A DNA stretch of 64,000 bases from a bacterium (lineage in GTDB: Bacteria; Electryoneota; JAOADG01): assembly GCA_026417415.1 (NCBI GenBank), contig JAOADG010000024.1:11678-75677 (forward strand), given 5' to 3'. The notes beneath the pieces are model-generated. The model was given only the letters and a program-made list of their open reading frames with translations, did no database searches and was not told the origin of the DNA. Positions 9,386 to 17,793 of this stretch are shown in pieces; within the stretch, counting starts at the first letter, position 1; every line of letters starts with the position of its first letter. Made by a program: the position numbers and the translations under genes.

Positions 9386-10276
9386 ATGGTACCTGTCTTA
9401 CTATTCTTACTCTTTCTTGTGATTTTTATCTTTAGTTTTATTGCCTATAAAAAGCGTGTTGGAAGAGCATTTACTTCAGAATCGGGAGGACTATTGTGGA
9501 AGATTTCGCTTGCTTTATCACTGCTCTTTCTTGTTTTATCCAGTACGACCATTGTTCCGGCTGGGCATGTCGGTGTCATTGATTTTGTTGGTCATGTATA
9601 TCCACGTCCATTACCATCAGGGTTGCATCTTGTCAATCCTTTTGCAAAAGTGATTAAAATGAGCATCAAAACCCAAGAAATTAAAGAGGATATGACAGCA
9701 CCGACTTTAGAAGGATTGACTGTCAATTTAGAAGTTTCAACAATTTATCATCTGGATCCAGAAAAAGCCCCTGAAATGTATAGAACAGTCGGATTACAAT
9801 ACGTTAGAATTTTACTTGAGCCCAATATCCGCGCTAGTGTACGTGATATCACCGCAAGTTACAATGCTCAAGCGCTTTACTCACCAGCAAGAGGAAAACT
9901 ATCCAAAGAAATCCAAGAAAGAATTATGAGTACTGTAGGTCCCAGAGGTATCGTTATAGAAGAGGTTCCTTTAAGAAAGTTAGTATTACCTCAACAATTG
10001 CAAGAAGCGATAGCTGCCAAGTTGACTGCAGAGCAACAAAGTCAACAAATGCAGTTTATCTTACAAAAAGAAGAACAAGAAGCTGAACGAAAAAGAATCG
10101 AGGCAAAAGGTATTGCAGATTTTCAACAAACCGTTATGAAAGGGATTGATCGAAACTTTTTAATCTGGAAAGCGATTGATGCATCCAAAGAATTAGCCAG
10201 TTCACCCAATACGAAAATTGTAGTATTTGGTGGTACTGAAAAATCAATGCCTTTAATCATCAATCCGGATAAGTAA
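9386..10276 (+). CDS. SPFH/band-7 (prohibitin/HflC-like) membrane protein
   Basis: N-terminal TM helix, then SPFH core with a coiled-coil tail (AEQQSQQMQFILQKEEQEAERKRIEAKG). Strong AAGGAG SD. Confidence 0.75.
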   Translation: MVPVLLFLLFLVIFIFSFIAYKKRVGRAFTSESGGLLWKISLALSLLFLVLSSTTIVPAGHVGVIDFVGHVYPRPLPSGLHLVNPFAKVIKMSIKTQEIKEDMTAPTLEGLTVNLEVSTIYHLDPEKAPEMYRTVGLQYVRILLEPNIRASVRDITASYNAQALYSPARGKLSKEIQERIMSTVGPRGIVIEEVPLRKLVLPQQLQEAIAAKLTAEQQSQQMQFILQKEEQEAERKRIEAKGIADFQQTVMKGIDRNFLIWKAIDASKELASSPNTKIVVFGGTEKSMPLIINPDK

Positions 10277-11725
10277 ACGAAACTGGCTAGCGAACTGTGG
10301 CTTTACAAACAATTCCACTTTTGAATGTAGTGATATCTTTTCATAAAATTGTTCAAATGCTTCGAATTGTTTTTTTAACATTATTTCATTTTTTGTACTT
10401 GGAAAAAAATCTCCATCCATATCCCAAAGCCAAACATCAATAGATAAAGGTGTATTAGAATCAATGCTATAAGCAAGATTAAAAACATTAGTATTTGCAG
10501 AAAGATGTGGTAACCAATTGTTCGGAGCTGCAACCGTATAATTGGATTTAGTTAAAGATTCTGCAATAACTGAATAACGTTGAAACTTCTCTCTGTTTTT
10601 AGAATACTGTAAAATGCTTGAAAAAGGATGTTGAAAAGGATGAGCTTGCCAGATTTGTCCAATAAAGATTAAGATTAAGAATTGAATTCCGATTCGTTTG
10701 ATTAAATGAAATTGATTTTCTAAAATGCTAAGAAAAATAAATAGTATAATTGGAACAAAAATAGCACTATAATGGAATTGAAATGCTGTTGTTTTTAAGC
10801 AGAAAACGCGAAGTAAAAATGGAACGATAGCGATTAAAAGAAACAAGAACGACTTTTTATTATAAGGAACTAGAAAAAAGGGAATTAATAAAATCAATGA
10901 TTTAAGAAATGTACCGGAGCTAATCGTTACAACAAATTTTTGAAAATACTCGTTTGGTGAATGAAAGAATAAACCAATAAAATTTGTGTAATCTGCAACT
11001 TCGCCTAACCAAAGAGGTCTAGTAAGAAAAATCAAAATCCAAAGAACTCCGAATACTATCAAAAAAATAGCCAACACTCTTTTTTTCGATTGGAATAATA
11101 TCAATGAAAGCGGGAATGCTATAAAAGGAAATTCTTCTTTGCAACTAAATAATAAAAGGATGTTAAGAAAAAAACCTATTCCAAATTTTCCAATGAAGAC
11201 AAAATAGCAAATCCAAGACATAAATCCCATTGCCCAGTGTGTAGGGTGGGATGGAAAATAAATTGCAGACCATAAAAAATCTGAAAAAAGATAAACAATA
11301 GATACACTGAATCTAAGAAATGTCGCTTGTGATGGTGATTTCCCTTGAACGATTTTTTCTGTCGCCAATACAATAGGAATTAAACCTAATACTGTAAAGA
11401 ATTGATCGAGTATGAGCAATAAAACCGCAGAATTCCAAAGTCTAAAAATGAAAGAGATGGGAATAAGCAAAAGATCGAAATGATCTTGAAAAATATGAAG
11501 CATTCGAATAGAAACCAGTGGATTAAGATTTTCTAATTTTGACAATGCGGAAAGTGCTTGATGATAAATTCCTAAATCCCAACCAGATGTCCGAAAAGTT
11601 AAGTGGCGAAAGTAAATTTCAACTGGGACAATAATGGAATAAATAAGAAACACAATCAAATAGGGTTGATACTTTTTAAGTAGAGAAAAAATTAGTTTTT
11701 TATCCAAAGAGTAATTACTCAGCAT
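10253..11725 (-). CDS. polytopic integral membrane protein, possibly DUF2079-like / GT-C-type glycosyltransferase fold
   Basis: >10 predicted TM helices. First ATG at 11725 (track TTG at 11737). Family assignment is tentative. Confidence 0.6.
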   Translation of the reverse strand: MLSNYSLDKKLIFSLLKKYQPYLIVFLIYSIIVPVEIYFRHLTFRTSGWDLGIYHQALSALSKLENLNPLVSIRMLHIFQDHFDLLLIPISFIFRLWNSAVLLLILDQFFTVLGLIPIVLATEKIVQGKSPSQATFLRFSVSIVYLFSDFLWSAIYFPSHPTHWAMGFMSWICYFVFIGKFGIGFFLNILLLFSCKEEFPFIAFPLSLILFQSKKRVLAIFLIVFGVLWILIFLTRPLWLGEVADYTNFIGLFFHSPNEYFQKFVVTISSGTFLKSLILLIPFFLVPYNKKSFLFLLIAIVPFLLRVFCLKTTAFQFHYSAIFVPIILFIFLSILENQFHLIKRIGIQFLILIFIGQIWQAHPFQHPFSSILQYSKNREKFQRYSVIAESLTKSNYTVAAPNNWLPHLSANTNVFNLAYSIDSNTPLSIDVWLWDMDGDFFPSTKNEIMLKKQFEAFEQFYEKISLHSKVELFVKPQFASQFRLLIRIDD

Positions 11726-13370
11726 GATTTTTTTCAAAATTCCACTGAATTGTAGGAGTAGATTGACCTTTCATTAGATTGAATTGAAAGGTTTTCATTC
11801 CAAAGGTAGGATGGACAAGTTTTATTTCAATCGGTCCAGGTTGCACTGGTATAGGTTTTGAGAATGGAGTGACACCTACATTTTTTTGGTTGATAAATAC
11901 ATCTGCCCATGGCTCTACTAACCCAATTCTGACTAAACTGACTTCGTCCCATAAATTTATAAAAATACGTGCAGTATCATTCTTAGGAACATTCACCATT
12001 TTACGAATAATAGGAAATTCCGGATGATAGAATTCTAAGGTTTGATTGCCTGAAGGAATTTCAAGAGTGGATGCAATTGGCAACAGAACTTCTTTTCGTG
12101 GATCACCATAACGTAAATAGGCCCATGGTTCGCAATTCACTTTCAGATAACCAATACCAGGTTTTGTAATGTTTGTTATAGATGGAGTTACCGTATCTTT
12201 CTGCAGCATTGGCTTCCAGGTAGTTTGTTCAATTCCTTTTTCAACATCTTTTGTATCCGTGTCTTGAATTGCAAGTGTATCAAGCGTTTGAACATGTTGG
12301 GTGGTTAAGGTGTCAATCTGTCGTAAGCGTGTAATCGTAGTAAACTGATGATGTAAAATAAAACCGACCATAACTAAAAAAATAAGTACCAATACATACG
12401 ATAAAATGGTTCGTGTTCTTCTAATTGGTTTACGTCTGGTCAATTCGATCCGAAATCCAGAAGGGTCAGAAATGTAATGGCTAATGATGGTCGGATCTGT
12501 ACTCCAATGATAAACATCCATGATTTTGTGGATTGATTTAACAATTTCTTCTCCTGTTTGTGGACGTTTACGTGGATCTTTTTCTAACATTTTTAAAATG
12601 AGTTTATCCACTTCAGGGGGAATTGTGCGTACAATACTTGACGGTTTATCGGGTTGTTTACTAAGAACCAAATGAAGCACTTCAGAAAAAGTATTACCTG
12701 TAAAAACACGTGTGTTCGTAACCAATTCATAAAAGGTAGCACCCAATGCAAAAAAATCGGTACGTTTATCCACCTGACCACCAGTGATGGTTTCGGGTGC
12801 CATAAAGGATGGTGTACCAATTACTGTTCCCGGTCTAGTAATAGCAGGTGCTTGTTCATAAATTGCAAGTCCAAAATCAGTGATTTTGATTCGTCCATCT
12901 CGACTGATTAAAACATTCTCAGGTTTGATATCACGGTGGATAATTCCATGGTAATGTGCAGCATCAAGTCCTTTAAGAATTTCTAAAAGAATTACACAAG
13001 CGACTGGTACAGGAATGCTACCACCGCGTTTTAGGAGTTGGTGTAAGTTTTGTCCTTCTACCCATTCCATAACCAAAAAGGGATTCTGACGGTCATCCGA
13101 CATATCAAAAACCTGAACCAGATTTTCGTGCCTGACTCTGGCAAGTGCTTTACCTTCCCTTGTAAAACGGTTGAAGATGTCTGTTTCTTGTGCTAACTGC
13201 GGATGTAACTGTTTGATTAAAACATAGCGGTTAAGGGTGGGTTGCCAAGCTTTATAGACAGTAGTTACAACAGATCGGGACAATACTTGGATTAACTCAT
13301 AGCCACCTAATCGTCCAATAGGTTCAACAGGATTATTAGGATTTTCAGTCGGATTCAATGTGCCATTCAT
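11715..13370 (-). CDS. Hanks-type Ser/Thr protein kinase with single TM and C-terminal PEGA-like extracytoplasmic domain
   Basis: Kinase subdomains HRDIKPENVLI, DFGLA, SFMAPE. TM segment ILSYVLVLIFLVMVGFIL. C-terminal region (YLKVNCEPWAYLRYGD...) resembles a PEGA domain. Confidence 0.85.
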   Translation of the reverse strand: MNGTLNPTENPNNPVEPIGRLGGYELIQVLSRSVVTTVYKAWQPTLNRYVLIKQLHPQLAQETDIFNRFTREGKALARVRHENLVQVFDMSDDRQNPFLVMEWVEGQNLHQLLKRGGSIPVPVACVILLEILKGLDAAHYHGIIHRDIKPENVLISRDGRIKITDFGLAIYEQAPAITRPGTVIGTPSFMAPETITGGQVDKRTDFFALGATFYELVTNTRVFTGNTFSEVLHLVLSKQPDKPSSIVRTIPPEVDKLILKMLEKDPRKRPQTGEEIVKSIHKIMDVYHWSTDPTIISHYISDPSGFRIELTRRKPIRRTRTILSYVLVLIFLVMVGFILHHQFTTITRLRQIDTLTTQHVQTLDTLAIQDTDTKDVEKGIEQTTWKPMLQKDTVTPSITNITKPGIGYLKVNCEPWAYLRYGDPRKEVLLPIASTLEIPSGNQTLEFYHPEFPIIRKMVNVPKNDTARIFINLWDEVSLVRIGLVEPWADVFINQKNVGVTPFSKPIPVQPGPIEIKLVHPTFGMKTFQFNLMKGQSTPTIQWNFEKNHAE

Positions 13371-14841
13371 TGAGTTTATAGTGCAACCATCTTAAAGATA
13401 CATCCAATAGTTCAGCTGCTTTTTTCTTATTTCCTTCGCAATCTTTCAACACTTTTAACACATGTTGTTTGGTGATATGACGAAGTGTTTGATCAGGATC
13501 TGTTTCAAAGTGAGGTGAAATCAAATCTTCAGGTTCAATTTGCGAAGTACTTGATAATACATAAGCTCGTTCAATGGTATTTTCTAATTCACGAATGTTA
13601 CCCGGCCAGTGATAACTTTGAAGTTGTCGCAATGCTTCAGGTGATATTCGCTTGGGTGTAGGATCACCGTGTCGTTGTGCGTTTTTCTTAAGAAAATGAT
13701 GCACCAAAAGAGGAATATCGGACTTACGTTCACGAAGTGGAGGTAGTGTAATCGTAACAACATTCAGACGATAATATAAATCTTCTCGAAAGCTTCCTTT
13801 TTCAACTTCTTTTTTAAGTGATCGATTGGTTGCAGAAACAATACGAACATCCACTTTACGTTCTAAAGTGTCACCTACGCGCCGAATGACACCATCTTGT
13901 AACACACGAAGCAATTTCGCTTGAATTGTTGGGCTAATATCAGCAATTTCATCTAAGAAGAAAGTACCGCCGTCAGCAATTTCAAGAAGTCCTTTTTTAT
14001 CTTGGTGCGCCCCGGTAAATGATCCACGTTTATGTCCGAACAATTCGGATTCAAGTAAATTTTCAGATAAATTTCCACAATACTGCGCGATAAATGGTTT
14101 ACTTCTACGTGTGGAAGAGTAATGCAAAGCACGTGCAACCAATTCCTTACCAGTACCACTTTCTCCTTCTATTAAAACAGATATATTGCTGTCTTTAATT
14201 TTCTCAAGGAGTTTAAAAATTTCAATCATCTTTGGATGATTGCCAATAATTTCACTAAAAGCATAAGTCCGTTCTACTTCACTTTGTAGGCGAACCTTTT
14301 CAAGTGCCAAGCCCTCAAAATATCTTGCATTTTGAATTGCAATCGCACTGATGTTGGCTAATATCTTCAGAAAATCCAAACTTTCATTGGTAAATTGGGT
14401 CCGATTCTGTTTTGCATCCAGGTAAATTGCACCCTCGACGTGGTCCTTCACTACCAAAGGAACACAAATCACCGAGGTAATTTGTTTAATAATTACGGAT
14501 TGTGCATCACTGAATCTTGGATCCGTTTGGGCATCATGAGTCAATATAGCAACATTATCTGTCATAGCTCTGCGAACGATTGAGCGAGAATAATCCACCA
14601 AATCCTCTTCATCATTATGAATTGAACGTGCTACAGCAACACGAAAATCATCATTTTCTTTAATCACAAGTAAACCACGTTCAGCTTGCACCGGTGCTAA
14701 AGCAACATCCATAATTTTTGGAAGAAGCGTTGCTAAATCGTGGATGCTGTTTAGTAACGAACTAATTTCTACTAGTGATTGAACTTGTTCACTGCTGAAG
14801 GTATTTGAAGGATTACTTTGATTCAAATCTTGAAACACCAT
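13345..14841 (-). CDS. sigma-54-dependent transcriptional activator (GAF - AAA+ - Fis HTH)
   Basis: N-terminal GAF-like domain; Walker A GESGTGKE; sigma54-contact GSFTGA (GAFTGA variant); C-terminal HTH AAELLDVSLRWLHYKL. No receiver domain. Confidence 0.85.
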   Translation of the reverse strand: MVFQDLNQSNPSNTFSSEQVQSLVEISSLLNSIHDLATLLPKIMDVALAPVQAERGLLVIKENDDFRVAVARSIHNDEEDLVDYSRSIVRRAMTDNVAILTHDAQTDPRFSDAQSVIIKQITSVICVPLVVKDHVEGAIYLDAKQNRTQFTNESLDFLKILANISAIAIQNARYFEGLALEKVRLQSEVERTYAFSEIIGNHPKMIEIFKLLEKIKDSNISVLIEGESGTGKELVARALHYSSTRRSKPFIAQYCGNLSENLLESELFGHKRGSFTGAHQDKKGLLEIADGGTFFLDEIADISPTIQAKLLRVLQDGVIRRVGDTLERKVDVRIVSATNRSLKKEVEKGSFREDLYYRLNVVTITLPPLRERKSDIPLLVHHFLKKNAQRHGDPTPKRISPEALRQLQSYHWPGNIRELENTIERAYVLSSTSQIEPEDLISPHFETDPDQTLRHITKQHVLKVLKDCEGNKKKAAELLDVSLRWLHYKLNEWHIESD

Positions 14842-14869
14842 AAAAAAACCTAACCGATAATCACGATTA

Positions 14870-15826
14870 CTATTTTGCTGAATTGATTAACTGAAATGCA
14901 TTACGATTGGAACGAGAAAAGTTTCCAAATGAATCTACTTCATGGACTTCAACAAAATAAAATCCAGGCGAAAGAGTATTGTATAAATTCAAACGATATT
15001 GATTTTGTGGGATGCGGTCCACACGTAAAATTTCAGTTCCATTTGAAAAGTTAAAGATGATCACGCGGAAATGAAAAGAAAAATAATCATTCGAACTTGC
15101 AAACCATTCAACATAAAATTCTGAAACAAGGTCGGTTGCATTATTTAGTGGTGCTAAGATAAATGGTGATCCATGAAAAATTCTTGCGAGTGTTCGAATT
15201 GTTTGGCTAATGCCACCATCATTATCAACAGCAACAAAATTTAATGGATGTCCTACAAGATTATGAAGGGATTGTCCATTGGGCAATGTATCAATACTGT
15301 ACCGATAAGTCGAATCTGGAGAACTTGCTAAATGAATATTGCCGTACGGAGTAACGACGTAAACTGAATCCACATCATACCGTCCATCTAAATCGTAACA
15401 TTTAGCATAAAAATGACAACGTGCATTATAAATTCCACTTGTTCGTAATTCACTAATCACCGACACACTGTCAAAAATTGGAAGACGATTCACTTGAAAT
15501 TGTTGACGAACAATGGAAGATGGGGGAACAATAATGTTGATAGTATCACTTGCAATATCAATACCATAAATACAGATTTGGTATGTATCAGGCACAACTT
15601 CATAAAATTCAACTATTCCTTCTTGATTGCTAACTTGTACAGTTTCGCCTAAACGAACGTGAACTGAACTTTTCGGTTGATTTTGAAAAGTGAGTATCTG
15701 AAGAATGACCGTTGAATGAACTCGATAAAAAAGACTTTTGGGATCAAGTGGGTTAGTGCGTTCAGGATCTTTACAGGATCCAAGGAGAATAAATATCCCG
15801 CATAAAAACAATTTTAGTCGTTGCAT
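14870..15826 (-). CDS. secreted lipoprotein, hypothetical, with carboxypeptidase-regulatory-like beta-sandwich region
   Basis: Lipoprotein signal LLGSC. No enzymatic motif. Confidence 0.5.
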   Translation of the reverse strand: MQRLKLFLCGIFILLGSCKDPERTNPLDPKSLFYRVHSTVILQILTFQNQPKSSVHVRLGETVQVSNQEGIVEFYEVVPDTYQICIYGIDIASDTINIIVPPSSIVRQQFQVNRLPIFDSVSVISELRTSGIYNARCHFYAKCYDLDGRYDVDSVYVVTPYGNIHLASSPDSTYRYSIDTLPNGQSLHNLVGHPLNFVAVDNDGGISQTIRTLARIFHGSPFILAPLNNATDLVSEFYVEWFASSNDYFSFHFRVIIFNFSNGTEILRVDRIPQNQYRLNLYNTLSPGFYFVEVHEVDSFGNFSRSNRNAFQLINSAK

Positions 15827-15921
15827 ACAAAAAAATACACCATTTCAACCAATTCTTCAACTTTAGTAAAATGGGCGAACCACAGGGCTCGCCCTTGTCA
15901 TTCCAATGTAAAACCACACGA

Positions 15922-17340
15922 TCACTTTAAGTAAATTAGAGAGCGTCTAATGACAAAATCTTCGGAAGCTAATTCTACAATATAGATTCCCGATACTTTC
16001 AAATGCGGAGTCCAGCTGGTAGAAACCATTTCATTGAATCGATTATAGGTTGCAGAAAATACTGATTGACCTATGGAATTATAGATAGTTAAATGAACAG
16101 GTTTTGTTGAGACATGAAAACGAAACTGTACACTTGAATTAAAAGGATTAGGATAACAATAAAAATCAAATCGTTCAGGATTGAATACATCTCTCGTTTC
16201 TATTTTCGTAAAAGAGTAATAAAAAGCACCAATATCTGCAACGGTTCCATCTGGATCATATGGCAAAGTTGGATCACCAGCATTGATTACGGGTGAGTTA
16301 ATTGTGGGATAATAGGTTTGCTCATCTAATAGGGGATCGCTATTTATATCATTCGGTCCCGCTGTCCCATTTAAATAATTTTCCGTGAACCCGTAAACAA
16401 CATTGTAATTCCAAAATACAACACCGCTCAGGATTTGTCTTCCTATACCCAATCCACGTCCCCAAAAAATGTTGTTGCGAAGATCTACATTCCTACAAGT
16501 ATAGATCAGTACACCATTAAAAGAACTTCCGTTAATCATTGAGCGGAAAGTATTATGATGGATTTGCACATTGGCTGCTACATCAGAAAGTTCCAATCCA
16601 CTATTTTCTAATTGTGAATACAGTTTCACCAAATTCCGTTTAATTAAACCTACATTCTGATTTTGTAAAATGAACCCTGTTGCTGTAGAGGTCGCGTTAA
16701 TGGTGATGATATTGAATTGTATGTTTGGTGAACCACTGTTAATCTGAAAACCAATGGCGTTTTGTGCAAAACCGGACGACTGCACATCTAAAACATTATT
16801 GTGAAAATAAACATCACTTTCTACACTATACATTCCAATACCATATGATCCACGAATTGTTATATTGCAAGAATTTATTTGAACAACAGAACGAACTAAG
16901 GTCAAACCAGTGCTCAGACCTTCAAACGATGAATTGGTAACCTGTAAAGTGGAAAGTTGAACAACTAATGGTGTGTTGGCATTTCTAACAATTACATAGT
17001 TTAGGAGATTCGATGTGAAATTTGAATTTTGAAATCTTAGGCCATCCCACGTACTTCCGTAATATCCAGAAAACTCAATGGTTTGTTGATACGTACCGTT
17101 CGCAATGAGAATTCCATAAACAGTCAAAGATGCACCAGCAGTAAACCGTACTTGAACACCGGCCTCAATGAAAAGCTGCCGATCAGCGGGTACGTATGAT
17201 TCACCAGTAACAATATAGGGGGATTGTGATAGTGTCCAGTGACCGAAGACAGCACCAGAAACTGCACCACCAAAAGCGAAGTTAACAGTGAAGATGAAAA
17301 GAAATAAATTTGCGACTACTAATTGAATGCGTGAAAGCAT
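15922..17340 (-). CDS. secreted right-handed beta-helix (pectin-lyase-fold) repeat protein with T9SS C-terminal sorting domain
   Basis: Signal peptide; N/G-rich parallel beta-helix repeats; C-terminal CYPNPFNSSVQF...IYLK matching the Por-secretion CTD. Confidence 0.7.
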   Translation of the reverse strand: MLSRIQLVVANLFLFIFTVNFAFGGAVSGAVFGHWTLSQSPYIVTGESYVPADRQLFIEAGVQVRFTAGASLTVYGILIANGTYQQTIEFSGYYGSTWDGLRFQNSNFTSNLLNYVIVRNANTPLVVQLSTLQVTNSSFEGLSTGLTLVRSVVQINSCNITIRGSYGIGMYSVESDVYFHNNVLDVQSSGFAQNAIGFQINSGSPNIQFNIITINATSTATGFILQNQNVGLIKRNLVKLYSQLENSGLELSDVAANVQIHHNTFRSMINGSSFNGVLIYTCRNVDLRNNIFWGRGLGIGRQILSGVVFWNYNVVYGFTENYLNGTAGPNDINSDPLLDEQTYYPTINSPVINAGDPTLPYDPDGTVADIGAFYYSFTKIETRDVFNPERFDFYCYPNPFNSSVQFRFHVSTKPVHLTIYNSIGQSVFSATYNRFNEMVSTSWTPHLKVSGIYIVELASEDFVIRRSLIYLK

Positions 17341-17605
17341 TCTATACTCCCTTTGAAATTGATAAAATTAGTAGAGTATCTTTGCGAGTCGCACTAAGTT
17401 TTCAATTCTGATATCTATTATACAAGATAAAGTCAATGAAATCAAGAATTAGTCGTTCATTCGTAAAATTTTTGTAATATTGTCCGATAACCAAATTGTA
17501 TTCAAAGTAAATTATTCAAAATCCAATAAATCTTGATTTGAATCGTATTAATTGGAAATCGGTCAATTACGACCTTATATTAAAATGTTCTTTCTTTAGA
17601 AATTT

Positions 17606-17690
17606 CGCGCTCAGGGGTGGTTCCATTGGAACCTGAGATTATACCCTCGGAACCTGATCCGGATAATACCGGCGTAGGAAGAAGGCGTGG
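17606..17690 (+). promoter_or_regulatory. TPP (thiamine pyrophosphate) riboswitch, THI element
   Basis: Conserved GGGGUG...CUGAGA...UACCC...GAACCUGAUCCGGAUAAUACCGGCGUAGGAA core. Lies in the 5' leader of the TonB-dependent receptor gene. Confidence 0.8.
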
Positions 17691-17713
17691 ATGCGTACCT
17701 CACACTTTTTCCT

Positions 17714-17742
17714 ATGCCTCGCTTTGCGAGGCATTTTTGTTT
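17714..17742 (+). terminator. riboswitch expression-platform intrinsic terminator (attenuator)
   Basis: ATGCCTCGC-TTT-GCGAGGCAT 9-bp stem followed by TTTTGTTT, ~50 nt upstream of the receptor ATG. Confidence 0.65.
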
Positions 17743-17793
17743 CCGAGACCCTAGAGACAATTTGTTAACATTTGTCAATAGAAAGGGTTATCT

